From Candidatus Hydrogenedens sp. (GTDB lineage Bacteria > Hydrogenedentota > Hydrogenedentia > Hydrogenedentales > Hydrogenedentaceae), in assembly GCA_049968235.1 (NCBI GenBank), contig JBMFRC010000007.1:1-64000 (forward strand): a stretch of 64,000 nucleotides of DNA. The letters are read 5' to 3'. The notes below the pieces were generated by a model, which searched no databases, was not told the origin of the DNA, and saw nothing but the letters and a program-made list of their open reading frames with translations. The position numbers and the translations under genes are program-made. Within the stretch, counting starts at the first letter, position 1. The number at the start of each line of letters is the position of its first letter. Positions 52,410 to 61,922 of the stretch are shown here, one piece after another.

Positions 52410-53237
52410 TTATATCATGATACTGCGAAAAACTGCGATGGACTCTACAATGAGATGATAAACGACCCACGCAATTCCGACAGACTCAAAAATGACCAAA
52501 AGGGCAATTTGGGCATCCCGAATATTTCGGAATGTTTTATCCCAGTCATTTCTTAACGGTAAGCCACCCATAATAGCAGACAAAATGCCTGTCCACATAT
52601 AAAATAAAAAAGACATAAATATGAATGTATAAACTTTGTCGATATTAGACAAATTACCATTATAATAAGATACCCATCTACTGTGTAATAACTCGATACC
52701 TTGTAATAAGTAAAAGGCTATACAATAAACAAGACTTAATAGAAATAAGGTTAAAATTAATTGATAAATAAGTAAACCCCAATGAATTTTTTTACCACTA
52801 TAAATACCTGATGAAAAATAAAGATAAAAATAAAAAGATAGATAAATAATAAATCCGATACCAAAACACAAACCCAAAATAGAAAATAATATTCTTGTCA
52901 ACAAAACAGGTATCCGAATTCTTGCAGATAATCCTGCACAAACACCTAACCATATCCTATTCTCATAATCTAAAGTAAGTTCTTGAGAGAAATTTCTTAG
53001 ATGGAGTAATTTTTCAGCCTGTAATGCAGGTTCACCAAACTCTTCATATAAAATCTTGTATAATTCCTCATCATGAATATAATTCTTACCGTTTTTTTTG
53101 AGTGTAGATATGATTTTAGTTTTTAGTTCAAGAAGTATTTTCTTTCTGTTTTCAATATCTATTGATGAATTTAAAGAAGTATTTACTTCTGTTAAGTATT
53201 TGTTAATTATAGTTTCCTGTTTATAGGTTATAACCAT
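52410..53237 (-). CDS. PspC-domain membrane protein
   Basis: RIWLGVCAGLSARIRIPVLLTRILFSILG matches the PspC domain, followed by several TM helices. Confidence 0.5.
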   Translation of the reverse strand: MVITYKQETIINKYLTEVNTSLNSSIDIENRKKILLELKTKIISTLKKNGKNYIHDEELYKILYEEFGEPALQAEKLLHLRNFSQELTLDYENRIWLGVCAGLSARIRIPVLLTRILFSILGLCFGIGFIIYLSFYFYLYFSSGIYSGKKIHWGLLIYQLILTLFLLSLVYCIAFYLLQGIELLHSRWVSYYNGNLSNIDKVYTFIFMSFLFYMWTGILSAIMGGLPLRNDWDKTFRNIRDAQIALLVIFESVGIAWVVYHLIVESIAVFRSIMI

Positions 53238-53489
53238 TTTTCTCCCCCAAATTTTAAATGATTATACACTATTTTTATATTAATTTCCCAACACTTTTTA
53301 AAACCTAATTGTTATTTTTCAGTCTAAATGACTGAAAATCAATGTTTATTTTACTATATCTGAAACATTTCTAAAAATACTATAAAAGTTATTAATTTAT
53401 GAAATTTAACTTACTAATTTAATATAATTTCACAACAAAATTATAAAATCATATATCAAAATAACATTAATTTACACAAAAATTAAGGT

Positions 53490-55199
53490 TTGGCGGTTAT
53501 GAACACATTTACAAAAATTCAATTGCTTTATCACATTGCTAAATGGAGAGCAACCTGGGACTGGAGAAATACAAAAAAAGCAATTCGTGTTCCTGGAAAT
53601 CCTAAATTCATGGGTGCTCGTGAAGCAGTCGGTATGATTAAAGATGGCTCTGTCATTGCAACCTCAGGGCTTGCAGGTAATATGCGAGCCTCATTTATGT
53701 GGTGGGCAATTAAGGAAATGTTTCAGGAAACAGGGCATCCTTGTAACTTAACGATAGTTAGTGTCGGAGGACAGGGTGGAAGAGGTAAGATTCCCGGAAC
53801 ATTAGAAGAATTAGGTTTACCCGGACTTTGTACACGAATTTTCACTGGACATACAGAAACCTATAAATCCATTTTAAAATTGGCGGACCAGGGTCATTGT
53901 GAAATCCAAATTATTCCACAAGGAACTCTTACATTGATACTAAAAGCCATGGGAGAAGAAGGAAAAAACTATGTTATCAACAAGACAGGAGTAGGAACTT
54001 TCATAGACCCACGAACAGGTAGAGGGACACCGTTATTTAATGAAAACGAACCTCAATATGTTTCAATTATAGATGACGAATATTTTAAATATGAATGTCC
54101 CTGGCCTGATGTTGCCATCTTCAATGCCCCTTCCGCAGATAAAGAAGGGAATATTTATCAAAAAAATGCTGTCATGATTGGTGAAAGTTATGAGATAACA
54201 AAAGCAGTTAAAAAACGGGGGGGAATTGTAATTGCTAATGTGGCTCAAATTGTAGACAAGGGACATGATGAAATATTTCTACCCGCTTCAGATATTGATG
54301 CCATTGTAGTCTGGAAAGGGACAGAACAAACGGGTGGAGTAAAACATATTCATCATTGGGATTTCCTAACATTAAATAGTAAAACAGCCATAGATGAAGG
54401 TATTGCAAGAGTTCGTTTCGTAAACAAGGTATTAGGAATTACTCCTCGCAGAACTACTGCGGATGAAGTATTAGCCCGACTTTCAGCAAAAATATTCGTT
54501 CAAAATTCCCAAAAGGGCGATTATGTAGATATTGGCGTTGGACTTCCTGAGGAGGCTTCCCGTCTTCTTTATGAAAGTGGTGTTCTAAATGACATTACTT
54601 TGATGACAGAAAGTGGTGTTATGGGAGGGCTACCAGCACCCGGAATATTTTTTGGTGCGGCAATTAATCCTACCGAAATTGTTTCGTCTGCTACTGTTTT
54701 TCAACGAATGTATCAACGGTTAGACAGTGTTATTTTAGGTGCTTTAGAAGTAGATGGTAGTGGAAATGTAAATGTTTCTAAGCGTGGGGAAGGTGCTATT
54801 AATTATGTAGGACCGGGTGGTTTTATTGACCTAACCACATCCGCCAAAAAGGTATTTTTCTGTGTAGCATGGGGAAATCAGTCGGAAATAAAAGTTGAAG
54901 ATGGAAAAGTAAAAGTATTAAAAGCAGGACAACCTAAATTTATCGAAAAAGTAAGCGAAATTACATTCAATGGACAAGAAGCTTTAAAAGTGGGTAAAAA
55001 GGTTTTTTACATAACTCATATTGGTGCCTTTGCCTTAACAGAAAGAGGTATGGAATTGCGATGGATTATGCCGGGAGTGGATATAGAAAAAGACATTTTG
55101 AATGTTATTAAAATGCCTTTTGTACTTCCCGAAAATGGACCTATTGTAGTTGATGATACTATTATTTCAGGGAGAAACTTTAAACTGAATTTTGAATAG
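53490..55199 (+). CDS. CoA-transferase family protein (fused alpha/beta, acyl-CoA:acetate/3-ketoacid CoA-transferase-like)
   Basis: N-terminal …AREAVGMIKDGSVIATSGLAGN…. 569 aa. The track start is TTG; an ATG at 53499 is an alternative. Confidence 0.6.
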   Translation: MAVMNTFTKIQLLYHIAKWRATWDWRNTKKAIRVPGNPKFMGAREAVGMIKDGSVIATSGLAGNMRASFMWWAIKEMFQETGHPCNLTIVSVGGQGGRGKIPGTLEELGLPGLCTRIFTGHTETYKSILKLADQGHCEIQIIPQGTLTLILKAMGEEGKNYVINKTGVGTFIDPRTGRGTPLFNENEPQYVSIIDDEYFKYECPWPDVAIFNAPSADKEGNIYQKNAVMIGESYEITKAVKKRGGIVIANVAQIVDKGHDEIFLPASDIDAIVVWKGTEQTGGVKHIHHWDFLTLNSKTAIDEGIARVRFVNKVLGITPRRTTADEVLARLSAKIFVQNSQKGDYVDIGVGLPEEASRLLYESGVLNDITLMTESGVMGGLPAPGIFFGAAINPTEIVSSATVFQRMYQRLDSVILGALEVDGSGNVNVSKRGEGAINYVGPGGFIDLTTSAKKVFFCVAWGNQSEIKVEDGKVKVLKAGQPKFIEKVSEITFNGQEALKVGKKVFYITHIGAFALTERGMELRWIMPGVDIEKDILNVIKMPFVLPENGPIVVDDTIISGRNFKLNFE

Positions 55200-55218
55200 G
55201 CAAATTACTATTGATTTA

Positions 55219-55962
55219 TTAATTCGATTTTTGTTTATCAAAGTGATTGTCCAAAATTTGTGGAAGTTTCTCGATATATTCAAGCCAATTTTTAAACAGG
55301 AAATCTGCCGTTGTGGAAGTCATATATTTAAAGTTTATCCCGGCAAAAAGGCCCGCATAACCACCTGCTCTTTTTATACCAATAATATCTGTGGGTTCCA
55401 GGTCTCCGAGATGTAGCATCTCTTCCGTTTTCACCCCTAATTCATAAGCGGTTTTTTCAAACATTACGGGTTGAGGTTTGGAAACACCTTCTTCATCCGA
55501 AAAACGATATGAGGAAATATATTGTGCGAAGCCATGTATCTCAAGTAATTTCAGTAATGACTTTCCCGGTGATATGCCTGTATCTGAAATAAGACCTACA
55601 GGAACAAATTGCGAGGTATATCTAACTGCATCTAGGGCATTTTCTATAGGTTCCGGTTGAAATACTAATATGGCAGTAGCAAATTGTTCTGCAAGAAATT
55701 CATATTCACTTTTATTAAGGTCTATACCTAATTGTAACGAAACCATATCCACCGCGTCTTCGGGTGTTAATGTTCTTTGCTCTTCAATATGACATCGTGC
55801 AAATTCTTTACCCACCATTGACATCGACTCTAGAGCCACCTCTAACGATATACCCTGCTTAAAAGTATTTACTATGGCTTTTGCCCGGTATTCCTGTCTT
55901 TCTTTACTTAATGCATCCCGAAACAGAGTCCCCCAAAAATCAAAACTTACTGCTTTTATCAT
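55219..55962 (-). CDS. HAD-superfamily hydrolase with variant motif I (FDFWGTL: Asp+2 replaced by Trp)
   Basis: MIKAVSFDFWGTLF at the N-terminus. C-terminal GDLEPTDIIGIKRAG motif III/IV-like. Confidence 0.65.
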   Translation of the reverse strand: MIKAVSFDFWGTLFRDALSKERQEYRAKAIVNTFKQGISLEVALESMSMVGKEFARCHIEEQRTLTPEDAVDMVSLQLGIDLNKSEYEFLAEQFATAILVFQPEPIENALDAVRYTSQFVPVGLISDTGISPGKSLLKLLEIHGFAQYISSYRFSDEEGVSKPQPVMFEKTAYELGVKTEEMLHLGDLEPTDIIGIKRAGGYAGLFAGINFKYMTSTTADFLFKNWLEYIEKLPQILDNHFDKQKSN

Positions 55963-55980
55963 GTATATCTACTCCAATAA

Positions 55981-57387
55981 TTACTTATTCCTCAAAATAT
56001 CTTTAATCTGACTTTGAACCGCATTCACCATTTCATCTTCTACAGTGGGCGACCACTTTACAGGAGAAGCATATTGCTCTTGAATCACACGTGCCTGGTA
56101 TATATCCTGACGAACAATCTCTCGTGTCGGTATATATAAGTTATGTTCACCCATATACCCAAATAGCATAATTGGATGTTCAGAACGAAAAGTATCTTTG
56201 ATACGCATACCTATTGGGGCACATACTTCCCCCTGCAAAGCAACAAAAATAAGTTCACCTATTTTAACAACTATAGACTCCTCAAATCTACATGGAAATT
56301 CTCTGCCATCCGGGTTATTTTCGATTAAAAATTCATCATCTGTGCAAATCATATCTGAAGTTTTCTGTGGAAAAGGTATCTTCTCTTTGTAATGCTTAAA
56401 TAATGAACGAACCCAATTCGTATCGCGTTCAGGGGCAGGGTAATGTATATAACCGATATCCGTTGGATAAAAAAAGGCAAGTCGTTGAACATCATCAAAA
56501 GGTATCGGTTTGCTTAATGATAAGGGAATAACTTGGAAAGAACTACGAATATTCCCATCTATACTTTTTTGTTTCTCTATAGCAATTCGAATGACCTCAT
56601 CAGCCAATTCTTTGCCATATTTTTGGACAATAGGCATAGGAGCATGCATCATATTCTTAGTAAATTGGTTTCCACCACAGGCATCTGCAAATAACACCAT
56701 CGTATCCGGAAATGCCTCTTCCACATATTCTATGGCATAACCAAAATGTCCGGTATCAATTACATTATTCTGCTCTCGTATCTGTAAAGGGTGGGTAGGG
56801 TGGTTAAAAAGAATGGCTACAGGAATTCCATCATCTTTTACTACTTTTAACTCTTGAACTTCATAATCCACAGGAGCACTCCCCAAACTAAACAAATGAT
56901 AAACATATCCGAACCCAAATTCTAACGAAACGGGTCCTATTTCATGGTTAATTGCTTCTTGAATTAATTGATAAATTTTTTCCGCCAACCATCTACCATA
57001 TTCAAAATTTTCCGGAACAATTTGTATAGGTGCGCAATGATTATGAGTTGCTAGTGGAATAAAATTTTCTACAGGTATATTTAATTCTTTTTTCAATCGT
57101 TCACGAAGAATAGGTGTCGCAACATCAAGACAGTTTAAGTCATAGGTTACTATTATTATTCGTTGGACACCATCATTGAGAACAAGAACACGTGCATAAA
57201 TATCTCTTCCTACCTTATTCATTTTATTGCCAAACACACCAACGGGTTCACGGGATACATCGGGTGTTATTATGCCTTTGGCAACACCCGCAGTTAACGG
57301 ATATGAATCAAAAACTGAAATAAAAACCGACGAAGAAAATAACAAAATAATTAACATTACTTTCATAAAATATTCATATACACACAT
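55981..57387 (-). CDS. Neutral/alkaline ceramidase-like protein (N-terminal catalytic-domain type, 468 aa; lacks the long C-terminal tail domain)
   Basis: Signal peptide. AGVAKGIITPD…GRDIYARVLVLNDGVQRIIIVTYDLNCLD…LATHNHCAP mirrors the neutral ceramidase N-terminal pattern (A.ADITP… / THTHSGP). Comparison from memory. Confidence 0.45.
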   Translation of the reverse strand: MCVYEYFMKVMLIILLFSSSVFISVFDSYPLTAGVAKGIITPDVSREPVGVFGNKMNKVGRDIYARVLVLNDGVQRIIIVTYDLNCLDVATPILRERLKKELNIPVENFIPLATHNHCAPIQIVPENFEYGRWLAEKIYQLIQEAINHEIGPVSLEFGFGYVYHLFSLGSAPVDYEVQELKVVKDDGIPVAILFNHPTHPLQIREQNNVIDTGHFGYAIEYVEEAFPDTMVLFADACGGNQFTKNMMHAPMPIVQKYGKELADEVIRIAIEKQKSIDGNIRSSFQVIPLSLSKPIPFDDVQRLAFFYPTDIGYIHYPAPERDTNWVRSLFKHYKEKIPFPQKTSDMICTDDEFLIENNPDGREFPCRFEESIVVKIGELIFVALQGEVCAPIGMRIKDTFRSEHPIMLFGYMGEHNLYIPTREIVRQDIYQARVIQEQYASPVKWSPTVEDEMVNAVQSQIKDILRNK

Positions 57388-57537
57388 ATAATTCTCCTTA
57401 TATAAATTTGATTAAATTTATTTATCATAAATTTCTTTTTAACTACCATTATATATATAATATCAATCAGAATAAATTTATTAAATTTATTGTTTTTGCA
57501 ATAGATATAATCCGTATATTGGCAGGAATTATTAAAT

Positions 57538-59070
57538 ATGCCAGTCAAAAAAGAAAAAATTCTGATAGTCGATGACGAACTAATTATCCGTGAATTACTT
57601 TTTGACCTTTTGACGGAAGAGGGTTTTTTTGTAGAGATGGCACCTGATGGGGAATCTGCACTAAAAACGATTCGTGAAAATAGTGATATTGCTGTTCTAT
57701 TTACAGACATTATGATGCCTAAAATGGACGGCATTACCCTGATACATAAAGCAAGAGAACTTAATCCGGGTATTGTCCCTATTATAATGACAGGATATGC
57801 TACCATAGAAACAGCAAGAGCGGCAGTGAAAGAGGGGGCTTATGATTATGTGCTAAAACCTTTTAATATCACAGAAATTAAAACAGTAGTAAACAACGCA
57901 CTGGAACGGAATCGACTTATACAGGAAAACGCTCGCTTAAAAGAAATTACAGAATTATTCAAGATTAGTGAAAACATATCCTCAATGCGAGACGAGGAAC
58001 AATTATTTAGATTTATATTAAATGCAGCATTGGAACATACCCAGGCAAAACGAGGTTCTATCCTTGAACTCGTTGATGATGGCAAATATCTTAAAGTGGT
58101 TGCCAGTACCGGATTACCTTCAGAACTTAATGGAAAAGTCATTCCTATTGATTTTAAGACTATCTCAGGAATTGTTGTGAAAAACATAGAACCATTACTA
58201 ATTGAAGACATCAATCAAAATCCCGATTTACAAAATTTCTTAATCGGATTAAAGAACACATCCTTTATTTCAGTTCCATTACAGAGAAAAAAATCGGAAT
58301 TTATGGAATCGCATCCTCTTGTAATTAATGAACAGGATGTAATTGCAGTTCTCAATGTTACAGATAAATCTGATGGTGAAGTTTTTTCAGAAACGGACTT
58401 GAAAGTATTAAAAATCATAGCCAATCATGGTGCATCAGCAATAGAAAATGCTCGATTAATTCGCGAAATAGAATCTGCACAAAGAGAAATCGTATTTACA
58501 TTAGGTGAAATTGTAGAAACTCGTTCCCGAGAAACAGGTAGCCATGTAAAAAGGGTTGCAGAATATTCAAAATTATTAGCATTAAAATTAGGTCTATCCA
58601 ATAAAGAGGCAGAAATTCTCCGATTAGCCTCACCGCTTCATGATGTAGGGAAAGTGGGAATACCTGATGCCATATTAAATAAACCCGGGCCTTTAACACC
58701 CACTGAATTTGATGTAATAAAAACCCATACAACTATCGGATATGATATGTTAAGCAAAGCCAAAGGCATTGTATTACAATCTGCGGCTGTAATTGCTTTG
58801 GAACATCATGAACGCTATGATGGGAATGGCTACCCCAATGGGAAAAAAGGAAAAGATATACATATTTTTGGAAGAATTGTAGGAATAGCGGATGTATTTG
58901 ACGCTTTAGGAGTAGAACGAATATATAAAAGAGCATGGACTTTGGATGAAATCAAAGAGTATTTTGCGGAACAACGAGGAAAACAATTTGATCCCGATTT
59001 AGTAGATACATTTTTTTCCAACATTGAAGAAGTATTACAAATCCGCGATAGATTTCCTGAAAAGGATTAA
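57538..59070 (+). CDS. Response regulator with REC, GAF and HD-GYP (c-di-GMP phosphodiesterase) domains
   Basis: REC: ILIVDDE…TDIMMPKMDGI…K. GAF region. HD-GYP: LHDVGKVGIPD…HHERYDGNGYP. Confidence 0.8.
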   Translation: MPVKKEKILIVDDELIIRELLFDLLTEEGFFVEMAPDGESALKTIRENSDIAVLFTDIMMPKMDGITLIHKARELNPGIVPIIMTGYATIETARAAVKEGAYDYVLKPFNITEIKTVVNNALERNRLIQENARLKEITELFKISENISSMRDEEQLFRFILNAALEHTQAKRGSILELVDDGKYLKVVASTGLPSELNGKVIPIDFKTISGIVVKNIEPLLIEDINQNPDLQNFLIGLKNTSFISVPLQRKKSEFMESHPLVINEQDVIAVLNVTDKSDGEVFSETDLKVLKIIANHGASAIENARLIREIESAQREIVFTLGEIVETRSRETGSHVKRVAEYSKLLALKLGLSNKEAEILRLASPLHDVGKVGIPDAILNKPGPLTPTEFDVIKTHTTIGYDMLSKAKGIVLQSAAVIALEHHERYDGNGYPNGKKGKDIHIFGRIVGIADVFDALGVERIYKRAWTLDEIKEYFAEQRGKQFDPDLVDTFFSNIEEVLQIRDRFPEKD

Positions 59071-59103
59071 ACTGTCCAATCTTGTTTACTCTTTTAATAA
59101 GGA

Positions 59104-61803
59104 CTAATATTCATAGGCTCCCATATCATAATCAGACCCATCCCCGGTAACACCTGAAATGGCGTCTCGTCCACGGAGATTTCCTTCAATATCTGTCAAT
59201 ACATTTCCCCATTCATTAGGACTTGTATCCATTCCTCTGTCGATACAAGGAGAACTACTATTCAATCTAAAATTACCGGCACTCGGGAAAATAAATAATG
59301 GGTCTGAACTTATATTTCCTTCTCCATTCTTCACCTGCTGTGTGTTACAATACATAAAAATTGCATCATTCCCGAGAGAATATGTCCCCTGTCCAGAATT
59401 TTGCCATATAATAGTATTCGCAAATGCTACATTGCTATAGTAGTTAAACACAGCCCCACCATGACTCGTCGTTGTTAAATCTGCTTGATTATCATATAAG
59501 GTACAGTTTGAAAAAACAACATTTTCACACAGGTCTATATGCACCCCACCCGTTCTTTCAATAGAAGAACTAAAATCATAAGCCTTATTTCTAAATCCTA
59601 TGGCATTTACAATTTTTGCAGAACTTTTTGTCATATAAATCATTCCTGCACTTGCTCGGGAAAAACCCCTATGGTCATTTGTAGAAACCGTATTATTTCT
59701 AAAATCTGAGTTTCTCAAATTTATATCGCTATACCATAGGTAAATAGCCCCTCCTAATGCTTTTGCGAAAGCACCATAAACCCCACCGTTAACAGTCCCA
59801 TGCCCTATCCCTTCTGCGGAACATGCATTTGAATAGAACAAACAGTTATCTATAGTTAATGAAGTATTGTAAGCAAATATTCCTCCACCAGCAGACACAA
59901 CGGTTATGTTCTGTGTAGAGGTTTGCCAAGTTCCTTGTGATGAAATTCGATTTGACTCAAAACGAGAATTCTGAATATTAATTACACTGTCTGTCACATA
60001 AATAGCAGAACCATAATTATAACTGGAATCGGATGAAACATTTTCTATTACATTCTCAATGAAATTACAGTTATATAAAGATAATTTCCCACTGATACAA
60101 CATATGCCAGCACCTACTCCGACTGATTTATTCTGGAAAAATGTACAGTTCTTGACAACCATTTTCTTTGCGGGAATATATAGACCACCTCCATCCTGAG
60201 CATCGCTGTAAACATAATCATAGCGGGCATCTCCCCCTTTTATTATGAATCCATTCAGTTCGCTATAATTTTCACCTTTAACTACATGCCAGGCTGGTTG
60301 TCCATCTCTTGCGATACTGCCATTTATAATAGTGATATTTGTTTGATAATTTCTTTGATTTAGTTCAGTTTCCGTACCTTGAAATCCCCCATAGACATTC
60401 ACCAATTCTCGAAGTATTAATGCTCCATAAGGATTTAAAGGATTTGAACGAACTTCATTATAATCTCCCGCAGAAACCCATACCTCTCCTCCACCTAACT
60501 CGAACGCTCTATCTATCCCTTCTTGCAAAGTAGGAAATGCTGTTGCCCATGATAATCCATCAGGTTCAATTTCTTCTTTTTGCCCCTTTGTCTGAGGTTT
60601 TTTTACATATATTCGTGAACCCTGGATTATTTCAATATAATCTGTTTTTTGTTTTATACTTTGTCCTGCACTGGTCGTAACGATTAATGTTACGGTATAA
60701 ATTCCCGGAGATAGATATGTGTGAGTAGGATTCCTCAAGAAACTAAAACTTCCATCCCCGAAATTCCACTGCCAGGCTGGTTCTGTTCCATTGCCCATTT
60801 TACTTTCATCACGGAACTCGATTTCATTATTGATTATGTTTTTTACAGGGGTAGCCGAAAAGTCTGCTATGGGAGGATAAGGAAAGGAACTATAAATACG
60901 TATGTAACCCGCTAAAATAGAAAGCGGATATATCAATCCATCAGGATAACTGGTAGCCATCACATTTTCTGCATAAATAGAATAAATATCATTAAATTCA
61001 GCATTTTCAGAGACTTTAAACCTCAAAATAGCATATATGCCTGATGACATTCCTGAAGTGGATGTGCCTGTTGTCGTTAATCTAAGTTTCCCTGGAATGA
61101 TTTGTCCTACTGATAGATTTCGACCTGTATTTTGAATCGCCGGTCCTATCATAAAATCCAGATATTGTATCCGATTGGAATTGAAAATCAGGTCAAACTG
61201 AACATATCCTAATATAACATTTTTAGTTTCAAGAGTAAGCGGAATATTTATTTCTGTATTAGGAACTGTATCCTTTCTATCAACAACAATACGAGCATAA
61301 TTATATGTCTCTCCTTCTCCTTCCCCTTCCAATACTCCTTCCGCAGAACCTTCTCCTTCGAAACCTTCCGGAGTCCCTTCAGGTGCCCCTTCAATAATTA
61401 CAGGACATAAAACAGGGCGAAAACCATCTTCTTTAGATGGGTCTATTTCATAACCACATACATTATAAAACTGAACCAAACGAAGAAGCTCATTTAATGT
61501 TATTCGCCAGAAATTATTCGGTTCATAATCGCTATCATGGGGTTCACATGACTGGTCCCCCGCTCCCGGTGCATATCCGTCTTCTCCAGCAGGGTCACAA
61601 TGATAGGCACGGGCATTAAAAAACTGGATTACACGTAGTAATTCGCTTAAATCAATTTTATAATCTTGATTCTTATCTGCAGTATGATAATCTCCCTTCC
61701 CAACCGAATCAACTGCATAGGAAGCATTACTTAAAATCCCGTTTAATACACACAAAAAAATGGCAGTTACAAACAGCCCTAACAATGTTATTTTACGTCT
61801 CAT
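59104..61803 (-). CDS. Secreted 899-aa protein: N-terminal tandem dockerin-like module, EGEG linker, PKD domain and right-handed parallel beta-helix (pectate-lyase-fold) region
   Basis: Signal peptide. DLSELLRVIQFFN…ITLNELLRLVQFYN. EGEGSAEGVLEGEGEGE. WQWNFGDGS…NPTHTY (PKD). Repeated NxxFxxN beta-helix turns. Confidence 0.65.
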   Translation of the reverse strand: MRRKITLLGLFVTAIFLCVLNGILSNASYAVDSVGKGDYHTADKNQDYKIDLSELLRVIQFFNARAYHCDPAGEDGYAPGAGDQSCEPHDSDYEPNNFWRITLNELLRLVQFYNVCGYEIDPSKEDGFRPVLCPVIIEGAPEGTPEGFEGEGSAEGVLEGEGEGETYNYARIVVDRKDTVPNTEINIPLTLETKNVILGYVQFDLIFNSNRIQYLDFMIGPAIQNTGRNLSVGQIIPGKLRLTTTGTSTSGMSSGIYAILRFKVSENAEFNDIYSIYAENVMATSYPDGLIYPLSILAGYIRIYSSFPYPPIADFSATPVKNIINNEIEFRDESKMGNGTEPAWQWNFGDGSFSFLRNPTHTYLSPGIYTVTLIVTTSAGQSIKQKTDYIEIIQGSRIYVKKPQTKGQKEEIEPDGLSWATAFPTLQEGIDRAFELGGGEVWVSAGDYNEVRSNPLNPYGALILRELVNVYGGFQGTETELNQRNYQTNITIINGSIARDGQPAWHVVKGENYSELNGFIIKGGDARYDYVYSDAQDGGGLYIPAKKMVVKNCTFFQNKSVGVGAGICCISGKLSLYNCNFIENVIENVSSDSSYNYGSAIYVTDSVINIQNSRFESNRISSQGTWQTSTQNITVVSAGGGIFAYNTSLTIDNCLFYSNACSAEGIGHGTVNGGVYGAFAKALGGAIYLWYSDINLRNSDFRNNTVSTNDHRGFSRASAGMIYMTKSSAKIVNAIGFRNKAYDFSSSIERTGGVHIDLCENVVFSNCTLYDNQADLTTTSHGGAVFNYYSNVAFANTIIWQNSGQGTYSLGNDAIFMYCNTQQVKNGEGNISSDPLFIFPSAGNFRLNSSSPCIDRGMDTSPNEWGNVLTDIEGNLRGRDAISGVTGDGSDYDMGAYEY

Positions 61804-61922
61804 TTAAAAATATTCCTATTCTTTCCCAGGCCTTAGCCCCGTATATTATTATGTAAAAATCCTTTTAAACTATAATATATATATAAAAATAACATTTTTC
61901 ATGTGTTTTTTGCAAGATTTTT

